A stretch of 64,000 bases of DNA from Bacteroidales bacterium (GTDB lineage Bacteria; Bacteroidota; Bacteroidia; Bacteroidales; FEN-979). The stretch's first letter is position 1. Each line of letters starts with the position of its first letter. The position numbers were made by a program, and so were the translations under genes. Location: NCBI GenBank assembly GCA_017882335.1, contig JADGPR010000002.1, forward strand, positions 28,917 through 92,916, read 5' to 3'. Under the pieces are notes generated by a model. It was not told the origin of the DNA and did not search any database. It saw only the letters and a list, made by a program, of their open reading frames with translations. Below are positions 28,267 to 37,246 of the stretch, in pieces.

Positions 28267-28358
28267 CATCCAGGATCCAGCATCCAGGATCCTACATTCT
28301 GCATTCCTGCATTCTGCATTCCAGCATTTTTCACTCTTCATTCTTCATTCTTCATTGC
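28267..28358. repeat. three adjacent degenerate tandem blocks
   Basis: CATCCAGGATCCAGCATCCAGGATCC is the reverse complement of the GATGCTGGAT words. It is followed by CATTCTG/CATTCCTG x4, then CATTCTT x3. The last block provides the stop and the final codons of the permease. Confidence 0.8.
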
Positions 28359-30104
28359 AATAAGGCTGTGCTTTCTGCTAAACGTAAAAAAGATGATCAA
28401 TCCGATAATCAGCCAGACGAAAAACCGCATCCAGTTTGTTATTCCGAGCTGGGCCATCAGGTAGAAATTGGTAAGCAGACTGATTACCGGGATCATGGTC
28501 ATTTGTTTCCAGATACTTAGTCCTGTAATGATAATTGCAGCAAGGATAAACAGGATGATCGGAAATTCGGCTTTGAATAAATGCCAGATGAAGGAAACTG
28601 CAGGTTCATTTGTTCCACCGAGGCTCCTATTCATCAATTGTTGTAATTCCGGCGGATTCCAATACCAGAGCACTGTAAACACACCAGCCCAGAGAAGAGG
28701 CAGATAATATCTGCAGTTGAGGTAGGGGATATGAAACCCCTTTTCTCTATCCTTACCGGTCAATCTTACTTTACCTGTTTCGAGCATCAGCACGCCACCT
28801 GAAACAAGCACAAAAGCAAAGAGGGTTCCTATGCTGGTGAGATCCGTTACCTCGGTCAGGTTAAGGAAGAGCGACGGAACCGCAACAAGGATACCGGTCA
28901 CGATCGTGGAGAATGCCGGCGTTTTGAATTTCGGGTGAAGGCGGGAGAATATTTTCGGGAGTAGGCCATCGCGACTCATGCTCATCCAGATACGGGGTTG
29001 GCCGACCTGGAATACGAGCAGTACACTTGCCATCGCGATCACAGCACTGATGGCAATGATCCCCGACAATTTTGTAAGATGCAATTTCTGAAATGCATAG
29101 GCCAGGGGATCTCCGACTGCCAGGTTGCTGTAGTGAACCATGCCGGTAAGCACCAGGCTGATGAGGATATAGAGAACCGTGGTGATGATCAGGGCATAGA
29201 TCATCGACCGGGGAAGGTCCCTGCGTGGATTTTTACATTCTTCGGCAGTTGTTGAAATTGCGTCAAAACCGATGTAAGCAAAGAAAACACCCGCCACTCC
29301 TTTTAATACACCCCCGATCCCATTAGGAGCAAAAGGGCTCCAGTTCTTCGGATCGATATAAAAGGATCCCACTCCGATCACGACCAGCAGGATGGCTACC
29401 TTCACTAAAACCATGATATTACTTGCCATCTTGGTTTCATAAATTCCGATGTAAACAAGGTAAGTTATGAAGACAACGATGCTGAAAGCAGGGATGTCGG
29501 CGATAAGCCTGAAATTACCGATATGGGGAGCCTGGGCCCAGGCCAGGTAGGCTTCCTGGAGGTTGCCCGATAATGTGCTAATGGATGCTCCATGTGCAAG
29601 TTGAGCTACCGCAGCATGATAACCCCTGGCAGCACTCAGGTAATCCACACTGAGGAAATACGGAAAATGGATTCCGATCCCACCCAGCAGGCCTGTAAAA
29701 TAGTCCGACCAGGAAATGGCAACGGCAATATTGCCTACAGCGTACTCCATGATCAGGTCCCAACCGATGATCCAGGCGACCAGTTCACCGAAGCTGGCAT
29801 AGGCATATGTATAGGCGCTCCCACTGATGGGTATGCGCGAAGCAAAATGGGCATAACACAGGGCGGAAAAGCCACAGGCTACAGCTGTAAAAACAAACAA
29901 GAGGGAAACTGCAGGTCCGCCGGTAGCTGCGGCCGTACCGATCGTGCTGAAGATCCCGGCACCGACGATCGCCGCTATCCCGAGGGCTGTTAGGTCACGC
30001 ACATTCAGGCTCCGGTGCATGTGGGTCGTTTCGCCAAGATGCCTTTCGGCATCCTTCAGGATATGTTCGATAGATTTTTTGCGAAAGAGATCCTGGTAAC
30101 CCAC
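28338..30104 (-). CDS. APC-superfamily amino acid permease (cationic amino acid transporter-like)
   Basis: LFRKKSIEHIL...SLNVRDLTALGIAAIVGAGIFSTIG with 12+ TM helices. Start assigned to the GTG at 30102-30104 (MGYQDLFRKKS). The ORF-track ATG at 30284 would overlap the divergent gene by more than 100 nt. Confidence 0.8.
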   Translation of the reverse strand: MGYQDLFRKKSIEHILKDAERHLGETTHMHRSLNVRDLTALGIAAIVGAGIFSTIGTAAATGGPAVSLLFVFTAVACGFSALCYAHFASRIPISGSAYTYAYASFGELVAWIIGWDLIMEYAVGNIAVAISWSDYFTGLLGGIGIHFPYFLSVDYLSAARGYHAAVAQLAHGASISTLSGNLQEAYLAWAQAPHIGNFRLIADIPAFSIVVFITYLVYIGIYETKMASNIMVLVKVAILLVVIGVGSFYIDPKNWSPFAPNGIGGVLKGVAGVFFAYIGFDAISTTAEECKNPRRDLPRSMIYALIITTVLYILISLVLTGMVHYSNLAVGDPLAYAFQKLHLTKLSGIIAISAVIAMASVLLVFQVGQPRIWMSMSRDGLLPKIFSRLHPKFKTPAFSTIVTGILVAVPSLFLNLTEVTDLTSIGTLFAFVLVSGGVLMLETGKVRLTGKDREKGFHIPYLNCRYYLPLLWAGVFTVLWYWNPPELQQLMNRSLGGTNEPAVSFIWHLFKAEFPIILFILAAIIITGLSIWKQMTMIPVISLLTNFYLMAQLGITNWMRFFVWLIIGLIIFFTFSRKHSLIAMKNEE

Positions 30105-30178
30105 TGAGAATATTGTTTGTGTAAATGTATTAAGATTTTTCGTCCTGAACTTCGTAACTTGGCACAAAATTTCAATCC

Positions 30179-30793
30179 ATGAAGATCGCAATTTTTGGCG
30201 CCAGTGGAAGGACCGGGATACTGACGGTTTACCAGGCATTGAATAAGGGGCACCTGGTAACAGCCTTTGCACGAAAACCATCATCAGTAACGATCCAGCA
30301 TAAGAACCTCCTGGTGGTTCAGGGAGACATCCTGGAATACGAAAAGGTAAAACAAGCTGTCGAAGGCCAGGATGTAATTATCAGTGCACTCGGAGTCGAA
30401 TCCAGAAAACCCACCACTGTTCTGTCGGAAGGCACACGGAATATTCTCCGGGCCATGGAGGAATGCAAGGTGAGTCGTTTCATCTGTATGTCTTCTGCCG
30501 GCATCTTAGGTAATGATGCAGGGATCCTCTTTGGAAAGATCATCATGCCCTTGTTTCTTAAACAGGTTTTCATAGATAAAGTGAGACAGATGAAGATCAT
30601 CCAGGAGGCCAACCTCGACTGGGTGATTATACGTCCTACCAGTTTGACCGATGCGCCGAAAACCGGGAAATACAAGATCACCATGGGGTCACCGGTTTCA
30701 CGCAGGATTCCCCGGGCAGATGTTGCAGATTTCATGCTGAAGGTGATAACCAATAAACAATATGACCGTCAAATGCCGGCCATAGCAAGTTAA
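30179..30793 (+). CDS. NAD(P)H-binding atypical SDR (NmrA/flavin-reductase-like)
   Basis: MKIAIFGASGRTG Rossmann motif, ~200 aa. Confidence 0.75.
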   Translation: MKIAIFGASGRTGILTVYQALNKGHLVTAFARKPSSVTIQHKNLLVVQGDILEYEKVKQAVEGQDVIISALGVESRKPTTVLSEGTRNILRAMEECKVSRFICMSSAGILGNDAGILFGKIIMPLFLKQVFIDKVRQMKIIQEANLDWVIIRPTSLTDAPKTGKYKITMGSPVSRRIPRADVADFMLKVITNKQYDRQMPAIAS

Positions 30794-30888
30794 AAACCGA
30801 TTATGGATGAAAGTTTCCTCATCACCGAAACCTGGGAAACCATGAAGAAAAAGATCAACTGAATACCGAAAACAACTTTAAGGAAGTT

Positions 30889-32805
30889 TTATCCTCGTGA
30901 GGTAGTCGGATCCAACAATTCTTTCACCGCTGTCACAATTCCTTCTTCATTATAGCCGCATTCATGATGTAACTCGGCGATGGTACCCTGCTCAATATAA
31001 TGATCAGGGATACCCAGTTTTTTGATCCGGGCCATATATCCCTTCTCCGACATGAAATCGATGACAGCAGAACCAAGTCCGCCAATGATGGTTCCGTCTT
31101 CAACAGTTACAATTTTTTTGAATTTCAGGAAGATCTCATGAAGAAGTTCATTATCCAGGGGTTTAAGGAAGAGCATATTATAATGGGCTACCGAAAATCC
31201 CTGTTGTTCCAGTTCCTTACAAGCTGCAATCGCAGCATTGCCTACATGACCGATGGTAATGATCGCTGCATCGACACCGTCGCGTGTCATCCTTCCTTTT
31301 CCTACCGGCAATTCTTTGAAAGGGGTTTTCCATTCCGGCATTACACCTCTTCCCCTGGGATAACGGATTGCAAACGGGCCTTTACCTCCAAGTTGAGCCG
31401 TGTACATAAGATTTCGGAGGTCCTCCTCGTTCATGGGGGCTGAAACAGTCATGTTCGGAATGCAATTCAGGTAAGCAAGATCAAAGGATCCATGGTGGGT
31501 GACGCCATCTTCGCCGACCAATCCGCCACGGTCGAGACAAAACACGACATTCAGATTCTGAAGCGCTACATCATGGATGATCTGGTCGTAGGCACGCTGC
31601 AGAAAAGACGAATAAACATTGCAGAAAGGGATCATCCCGGAGGCTGCAAGCCCGGCTGAAAAAGTGACTGCATGTTGTTCTGCGATCCCAACATCAAAAG
31701 TTCTTTCCGGCATTTTTGTCATCATGATATTGAGAGAACAGCCTGTTGACATGGCCGGTGTGATTCCGACGATCTTAGGGTTCGCCTCTGCCAGCTCGAC
31801 TATGGTGCGTCCAAAAACCGTCTGGTACTTGGGAGCCTGGTTATGGCATTTATCTTCCTGTAATTCTCCCGTCTTCTTATCAAAGACCCCGGGAGCATGA
31901 TAGATGGTCTGTTCTTTCTCGGCATGCGTATACCCTTTGCCTTTCACGGTCACGACATGAAGAAGCTTGGGACCATGGATTTTTTTCATATCCTCCAGCA
32001 GTTTTACAAGCCGGATCACATCATGTCCATCCACCGGCCCGAAATAGCGGAAATTAAAGGCTTCAAAGAGGTTACTCCGGTTCAGCAAGGTCGACTTCAG
32101 GGCATTCCCGAACTGTTTGACAATGGCCCTGGAATTTTTTCCGTAACGGGTTCCTCCGCCCAGCAGCAGCCAGATCTTATCTCGGATCTTATTATACACA
32201 CCGGAAGTCACAATATCCGCAAGGTAATCCTTGATCGCCCCCACATTCTTGTCGATCGCGATGCCATTATCGTTCAGGATAACCAGCAGGTTGGCATTTG
32301 AAACCCCGGCATTGTTCATGGCTTCCATGGCCATTCCTCCTGAAATGGCGCCATCGCCAATAATGGCTACGTGGTGCCGGTCTCTTTCATTGTTCAGGTT
32401 GGCGGCAACGCCCATGCCCAGTGCGGCGGAAATGGAGGTGGAGGAATGCCCGGTACCAAATGCATCATATTCGCTTTCGGTCATCCGCGGAAACCCGCTG
32501 ATGCCTTTGTACATCCGGTTGGTATGAAAAACATCCTTCCTGCCTGTAAGGATCTTATGTGTATAAGCCTGGTGGCCGACATCCCAGATGATCTTATCGA
32601 AAGGAGTATTGAATACATAATGGATAGCAACGGTCAGTTCAACCGTACCCAGACTGGCACCCAGATGTCCGGGATTTGTGGAGATCACATCAATGATGAA
32701 CTGCCTGATCTCTGTGCAGAGCCTGGGAAGATCTTCAACTTTCAACTTCCGAAGGTCCGACGGGTCATTTACCCTTGCAAGAAGGTCACCAATCTTTGCA
32801 GTCAT
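30889..32805 (-). CDS. dxs: 1-deoxy-D-xylulose-5-phosphate synthase
   Basis: GHLGASLGTVELTVAIHYVF...WDVGHQAYTHKILTGR and the TPP motif IGDGAISGGMAMEAMN. Confidence 0.95.
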   Translation of the reverse strand: MTAKIGDLLARVNDPSDLRKLKVEDLPRLCTEIRQFIIDVISTNPGHLGASLGTVELTVAIHYVFNTPFDKIIWDVGHQAYTHKILTGRKDVFHTNRMYKGISGFPRMTESEYDAFGTGHSSTSISAALGMGVAANLNNERDRHHVAIIGDGAISGGMAMEAMNNAGVSNANLLVILNDNGIAIDKNVGAIKDYLADIVTSGVYNKIRDKIWLLLGGGTRYGKNSRAIVKQFGNALKSTLLNRSNLFEAFNFRYFGPVDGHDVIRLVKLLEDMKKIHGPKLLHVVTVKGKGYTHAEKEQTIYHAPGVFDKKTGELQEDKCHNQAPKYQTVFGRTIVELAEANPKIVGITPAMSTGCSLNIMMTKMPERTFDVGIAEQHAVTFSAGLAASGMIPFCNVYSSFLQRAYDQIIHDVALQNLNVVFCLDRGGLVGEDGVTHHGSFDLAYLNCIPNMTVSAPMNEEDLRNLMYTAQLGGKGPFAIRYPRGRGVMPEWKTPFKELPVGKGRMTRDGVDAAIITIGHVGNAAIAACKELEQQGFSVAHYNMLFLKPLDNELLHEIFLKFKKIVTVEDGTIIGGLGSAVIDFMSEKGYMARIKKLGIPDHYIEQGTIAELHHECGYNEEGIVTAVKELLDPTTSRG

Positions 32806-32897
32806 CTACGGGATTAAAATAAGGTTCAATTCAGGATAATAATAATGCATTAAAATAACGACATTGCGATCGCATATATTGCCATGGATGAACGCCT

Positions 32898-33215
32898 TTA
32901 GAGGAGCCCCAATTCCAGGAGTGCGGCCTCCGAGATCATGTCTTTATCCCAGGGCGGATCAAAAACCAGTTCAACCTTCACATCCCTAATACCCTCCACA
33001 CTTTTCACTTCATTATAAACGATACCCGGCATATCCTCAGCGATCGGACAATTCGGGGTCGTAAGGGTCATGGTTATATATACTACCAACTGATCGTCGA
33101 TTTTCAGTTCATAGATCAATCCCAGGTCATAAATGTTTACCGGGATTTCGGCGTCATGCACCCGTTTGAGCGCCTCGATGACCTTTTCTTCCAACTTTTT
33201 ATCCTGATTTGTCAT
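32898..33215 (-). CDS. DUF59/SufT-like Fe-S assembly protein
   Basis: VIEALKRVHDAEIPVNIYDLGLIY...TLTTPNCP. Start taken at the ATG at 33215. An alternative ATG at 33293 overlaps the typA stop as ATGA. Confidence 0.75.
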   Translation of the reverse strand: MTNQDKKLEEKVIEALKRVHDAEIPVNIYDLGLIYELKIDDQLVVYITMTLTTPNCPIAEDMPGIVYNEVKSVEGIRDVKVELVFDPPWDKDMISEAALLELGLL

Positions 33216-33289
33216 AAACTTCAGCGTTTTTCCGGAAAGAACAAAGTTAAAGATTTTTCTTATGTCCTTGTTCATTTCCAGGGATAGAA

Positions 33290-35095
33290 TCATCCTGCTT
33301 TTTTACTTCTTTTTCGTTCCGTTTCATCAAGGATGATCTTACGGATCCGGATGGATTTCGGTGTCACCTCCACAAACTCATCTCCCTGGATGTATTCCAT
33401 TGCTTCTTCCAGCGAGAACTTTACTGCAGGGAAGATCACGGCTTTGTCGTCAGAACCGGAAGCACGCACATTGCTGAGTTTTTTGGTCTTTGTAAGGTTG
33501 ATGACCATGTCGTCGCTGCGGGTGCTTTCTCCCACTACCTGCCCGGCATAGATATTTTCACCCGGTTCGATGAAAAATTTTCCCCGGTCCTGGAGTTTAT
33601 CGATCGAATAAGTGATGGCTGTACCGGTTTCCCCGGCGATCAGGGAACCGCTGTTCCGGCTTGCCATATCCCCTTTCCAGGGCTCATAACTTTTGAACCG
33701 GTGCGCAATAACTGCTTCCCCTTCGGTTGCAGTCAATACCGGGTTCCGCAGCCCAATCAGTCCGCGGGCAGGAATATCAAACTCAAGGATGGTACGGTCA
33801 CGTTTGGTTTCCAGGTGGATCAGATCTCCTCTTCTCCGGCTAACGATCTCGATAACCTTTCCCGAAAATAATTCAGGAACTGCTACCCTCAACAACTCTA
33901 CAGGTTCGTGGACCTTCCCGTCAACCACTTTGGTAAGAATATTCGGTTGGCCAAGCTGGAACTCATACCCTTCACGGCGCATGGTTTCCACGAGGATGGC
34001 CAGGTGAAGGATCCCTCTTCCGTAAACCTGGAACTTGTCGGGTGAATCCATTTCTTCCACTTTCAGGGCCAGGTTCTTTTCAATTTCTTTAGCCAGCCGC
34101 TCACGAATGTGGCGTGAGGTAACATAGGTTCCTTCCCTTCCTGCAAAAGGGGAATTGTTGATAGTGAAAAGCATACTCATGGTCGGCTCATCCACGCTGA
34201 TCCGCTTCATCCCTTCAGGATTCTCAGCATCGGCAAGCGTATCCCCGATATCAAAATTCTCAGGGCCCAGAACGGCACAGATCTCGCCGGCCTCCACTTT
34301 AAACTTCACTTTTTCCTTGCTCAGTCCTTCGAACAGGTATAGCTCTTTTACAATTGATTTCAGGATTGTTCCGTCGTTCTTTACCAGCGAAACCTGGTTA
34401 CCTGCACGGATCGATCCGCGTGATACTCGGCCAACCGCTATACGTCCGACATAGGATGAATAATCCAGTGAACTTATCTGCAGTTGAAGAGTACCCGGCT
34501 CGCTCGACGGGGCAGGTATATGTTCAATAATGGTATCGAGGAGATACGTTACATCGGTAGCAGGTTGTTTCCAGTCTGCCGACATCCAACCTTGTTTCGA
34601 TGAACCATAAACAGTAGGGAAGTTCAGCTGGTCTTCATTGGCATCCAGGCTGAACATCAATTCAAAAACAGCTTCATTAACCTCATCCGGCGAACAATTA
34701 GGTTTATCAACCTTATTGATGACTACGATGGGTTTCTTCCCGAGCTCGAGGGCTTTCTGAAGCACAAAACGCGTTTGAGGCATCGGCCCTTCGAAGGCAT
34801 CAACTACCAGCAAAACACCATCGGCCATGTTTAGTACCCGTTCCACTTCACCCCCAAAATCGGAGTGACCTGGCGTATCAATGATGTTGATTTTAATTCC
34901 TTTGTATCTGACCGAAACATTTTTTGAAAGTATGGTGATTCCTCTTTCGCGTTCAAGGTCGGTGGAGTCGAGGACAAGATCAACCACGATCTGGTTTTCC
35001 CGAAATAATTTTACCTGGTGGAGTATCCGGTCAACCAGTGTCGTTTTACCATGGTCGACATGGGCAATAATGGCGATATTTCTGATATTCTGCAC
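33290..35095 (-). CDS. typA: translational GTPase TypA/BipA
   Basis: IRNIAIIAHVDHGKTTLVD, DTPGHSDFGGEVER, NKVDK and full-length collinearity. Confidence 0.95.
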   Translation of the reverse strand: MQNIRNIAIIAHVDHGKTTLVDRILHQVKLFRENQIVVDLVLDSTDLERERGITILSKNVSVRYKGIKINIIDTPGHSDFGGEVERVLNMADGVLLVVDAFEGPMPQTRFVLQKALELGKKPIVVINKVDKPNCSPDEVNEAVFELMFSLDANEDQLNFPTVYGSSKQGWMSADWKQPATDVTYLLDTIIEHIPAPSSEPGTLQLQISSLDYSSYVGRIAVGRVSRGSIRAGNQVSLVKNDGTILKSIVKELYLFEGLSKEKVKFKVEAGEICAVLGPENFDIGDTLADAENPEGMKRISVDEPTMSMLFTINNSPFAGREGTYVTSRHIRERLAKEIEKNLALKVEEMDSPDKFQVYGRGILHLAILVETMRREGYEFQLGQPNILTKVVDGKVHEPVELLRVAVPELFSGKVIEIVSRRRGDLIHLETKRDRTILEFDIPARGLIGLRNPVLTATEGEAVIAHRFKSYEPWKGDMASRNSGSLIAGETGTAITYSIDKLQDRGKFFIEPGENIYAGQVVGESTRSDDMVINLTKTKKLSNVRASGSDDKAVIFPAVKFSLEEAMEYIQGDEFVEVTPKSIRIRKIILDETERKRSKKAG

Positions 35096-35134
35096 GTAAT
35101 GAGATTAAAAAAGACTGTTTTTTGAAATTGGCTG

Positions 35135-35142
35135 CAAAGGTA
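35135..35142 (-). promoter_or_regulatory. candidate -7 box (TACCTTTG on minus strand) for typA
   Basis: TAnnTTTG match 40 nt upstream of the typA ATG. Confidence 0.4.
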
Positions 35143-35195
35143 CTCCGAAAAATGGTACGATCCTCATTTTCACTGAGAAATGGTTGGATTTAATT

Positions 35196-35675
35196 ATGAA
35201 TTATGAGTGTGAATTATGAGATTAATTAAAATATTTTCAAAATCCATATTACTTTTTTCTTTTTTCCTGATTAATGGAAAAAACGATGAAAGAAAACAAT
35301 GTCATTCAGGAAAAATCCTTAGCTTTTGCTGTTCTGGTAGTTAACCTTTGCAAATACCTTAGGGAAAAACAGAAGGATTATATCATTTCCAAACAATTGT
35401 TAAGATCAGGAACATCGATTGGTGCAAATGTGGAAGAAGGACTGGGTTGTCAATCTAAAAAGGATTTCTATTTCCGGTTAACAATTGCCTATAAAGAAGC
35501 CCGTGAATCAATTTACTGGTTAAAGGTGTTAAAGGAATCGAAAATGATTGAACAGAGTATGGTTGATCAACCCATTTCCAATTGCGATGAAATATTAAGG
35601 ATCATAGGATCTATCCTCAAAACATTAAGAAATCAACAATCCTCAGATATCTCATAATTCAACCACATAATTCAT
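35196..35675 (+). mobile_element. IVS-like cassette: four-helix-bundle gene bracketed by 25-bp imperfect inverted repeats
   Basis: The left arm ATGAATTATGAGTGTGAATTATGAG (35196-35220) matches the reverse complement of 35651-35675 (ATGAATTATGTGGTTGAATTATGAG) at 22/25. The interior is AT-rich and holds a single ORF. Confidence 0.45.
35274..35657 (+). CDS. four-helix-bundle protein (23S rRNA intervening-sequence protein / S23p / Avd-like family)
   Basis: LLRSGTSIGANVEEGLGCQSKKDFYFRLTIAYKEARESIYWLKVL matches the family signature (SIGANIAEG...S..EF...L.IA.GS..E..YWL). Confidence 0.85.
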   Translation: MEKTMKENNVIQEKSLAFAVLVVNLCKYLREKQKDYIISKQLLRSGTSIGANVEEGLGCQSKKDFYFRLTIAYKEARESIYWLKVLKESKMIEQSMVDQPISNCDEILRIIGSILKTLRNQQSSDIS

Positions 35676-35677
35676 AG

Positions 35678-35708
35678 AAAAGAAAAAGCCGCTTTTGGGG
35701 CGGCCTTC
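35678..35708 (-). terminator. rho-independent terminator candidate for the 35730-36662 lipoprotein gene
   Basis: The minus strand reads AAGGCCGC-CCCAAAA-GCGGCTTT followed by a T-rich tract (TTCTTTTC). Confidence 0.5.
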
Positions 35709-35729
35709 TGTGCAAATATCAACTCAACA

Positions 35730-36662
35730 TTAAAGCGGGAGGAAGAATGTACCCGAGTTGGATCCAACCACCCAATCGACCCTGTACCGTGTGGGACAAT
35801 CGCCATTGGTGATAGGGTTGTTATTGCTGTCGTACCCGAAAGTAATGGTAGCCGATTTGGAAGCAGCAGGGATCTCGTGAACAATGACTCCGGAACAAGG
35901 ATCCCCGTTGCAAACCTGTTTGTGAACCACCGACTGTGTGATGCTGGAGTAGAATTGTTCTCCATTCCTGTTGATTCCCCAGGTAGCAAGGTTGGTGTGT
36001 CCGTCGGCAGCTCCGAATCCATCGATTGTCATGACCAGTGCGATCAATGAGCCGGTGAACGTACGCTGCCGGGCAATGTTCCATACCCTATCTCCGTTTT
36101 CGAATGTGGCCGTAACCGTTCCCCACACCCTGTGTTCAATGGAAGTGACAGTACTGTCAAGTTGCCATAAGTAATGACCGCTGACATTCTGGAAATGTTT
36201 CGTTCCGTTCAAGGTCAGGGATTTCTCGTTGGAAATTTTCGTGATGGTGAAATTATTAAGCCTTACGATTACGGTAGCTCCTGCAACGCCCCAATCTTCC
36301 AGGAATCTTTTCTTTATAATGACATGACCGGAGCGAATGTGGGTATTGCTACAATCTTTACCATGGTATTCGATATCGATTGTAATAGTATCATTAATAA
36401 CGGGGCTAAAGGTTATCGTTGTATTGCATGGCCCACCTGACTCCGTAGATTTTAATTTCGCGGGAGATAAAACCAGGTTGGCATCATTCAGCGCCTGGTC
36501 TGAAGCATTCTCGACATTGTTCTCATCATTGGTTAATTGCTGCATCGATTCCGTATTTGCGGAACCTTTGTTTGTGGTCGTGTCTTTCTTACAACCGGCG
36601 AACATAAGTGTCATCGCGGCGATCATCAGGAATCCGAACCGGAACAGATTTATTGTTTTCAT
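35730..36662 (-). CDS. hypothetical lipoprotein
   Basis: The start at MKTINLF gives the lipobox LMFAGC. No motif recognised. The ORF-track start at 36722 is less likely. Confidence 0.55.
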   Translation of the reverse strand: MKTINLFRFGFLMIAAMTLMFAGCKKDTTTNKGSANTESMQQLTNDENNVENASDQALNDANLVLSPAKLKSTESGGPCNTTITFSPVINDTITIDIEYHGKDCSNTHIRSGHVIIKKRFLEDWGVAGATVIVRLNNFTITKISNEKSLTLNGTKHFQNVSGHYLWQLDSTVTSIEHRVWGTVTATFENGDRVWNIARQRTFTGSLIALVMTIDGFGAADGHTNLATWGINRNGEQFYSSITQSVVHKQVCNGDPCSGVIVHEIPAASKSATITFGYDSNNNPITNGDCPTRYRVDWVVGSNSGTFFLPL

Positions 36663-36806
36663 GGATTTGCTTTTTGAATTTGTGATTATGTTTCGGAATA
36701 TGTTCTTTTGGGAATAATACACCGGGAAACGGTTTAACCCTTATCCGGAAATAAATTATTTTTGATTCTACACTTACAACTCATCTTAAAATTTTCCACA
36801 AAGTAC

Positions 36807-36842
36807 ACTCCTGAAGATTTTTTCAGGAACATCAAACAAGAT
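36807..36842. repeat. second copy of the 36-nt module (identical to 19299-19334)
   Basis: 36/36 identity read directly. Confidence 0.9.
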
Positions 36843-36862
36843 TACAAAAATTCACTTTTTAT

Positions 36863-36895
36863 GTTCTTTCTTTTGCTACCACCAAAAGAAAGAAC
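36863..36895. other. perfect 13-bp stem hairpin
   Basis: GTTCTTTCTTTTG-CTACCAC-CAAAAGAAAGAAC. No adjacent U-run on either strand. Confidence 0.7.
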
Positions 36896-36914
36896 CAAAG
36901 AAAAGTCACCGCTG

Positions 36915-37057
36915 CATGAAATTTTCTAAAAATCTTCGTCATTCGCTAAACTGCGGAAACTCGTCTCCCGATTCGCCGCTAACGCGTCGATCGGGATCCT
37001 CAAACACTCCGCAGTTTTTAACGCTCATTCCTCGATTTTCTTAACGTAAATTTCATG
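36915..37057. other. 143-nt imperfect palindrome (candidate structured RNA or MITE)
   Basis: There are three nested perfectly complementary segments:
- CATGAAATTT (36915-24) with AAATTTCATG (37048-57).
- AAACTGCGGA (36948-57) with TCCGCAGTTT (37008-17).
- CCCGAT (36967-72) with ATCGGG (36990-95). Confidence 0.6.
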
Positions 37058-37246
37058 AGGCGGTTTTTTCAATTATTCGCTTTTTTCTTTACTAACATTA
37101 AGTTTACTAGTGTTTTATGTTTTGCTATATAGTAGATGCTAAGACGCAAATGTTTAAAATTCAATTACATACTTTTTAGCGAACTTAGCGTTTTAGCGTC
37201 TTGGCGGTGAAAGAGGATTTTTAGAGGAGACTCATTTTAAAAATTA

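Noticed and set aside
30105-30284. The N-terminal 60-codon extension of the amino-acid permease (ORF-track start at 30284).
   Set aside because: The extension overlaps the divergent NAD(P)H-binding gene start and has no similarity to the usual permease N-terminus. The conserved LFRKKS... begins right after an in-frame GTG at 30104.
32861-32868. GCGATCGC (HIP1-like palindrome), also seen at 61464-61471.
   Set aside because: There are only two occurrences in 64 kb, which is not enriched. The cyanobacterial HIP1 phenomenon does not apply.
35274-35657. The Avd-like four-helix-bundle protein as part of a diversity-generating retroelement.
   Set aside because: There is no reverse transcriptase ORF, no template/variable repeat pair and no plausible target gene nearby. 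The orphan S23p-type explanation is simpler.
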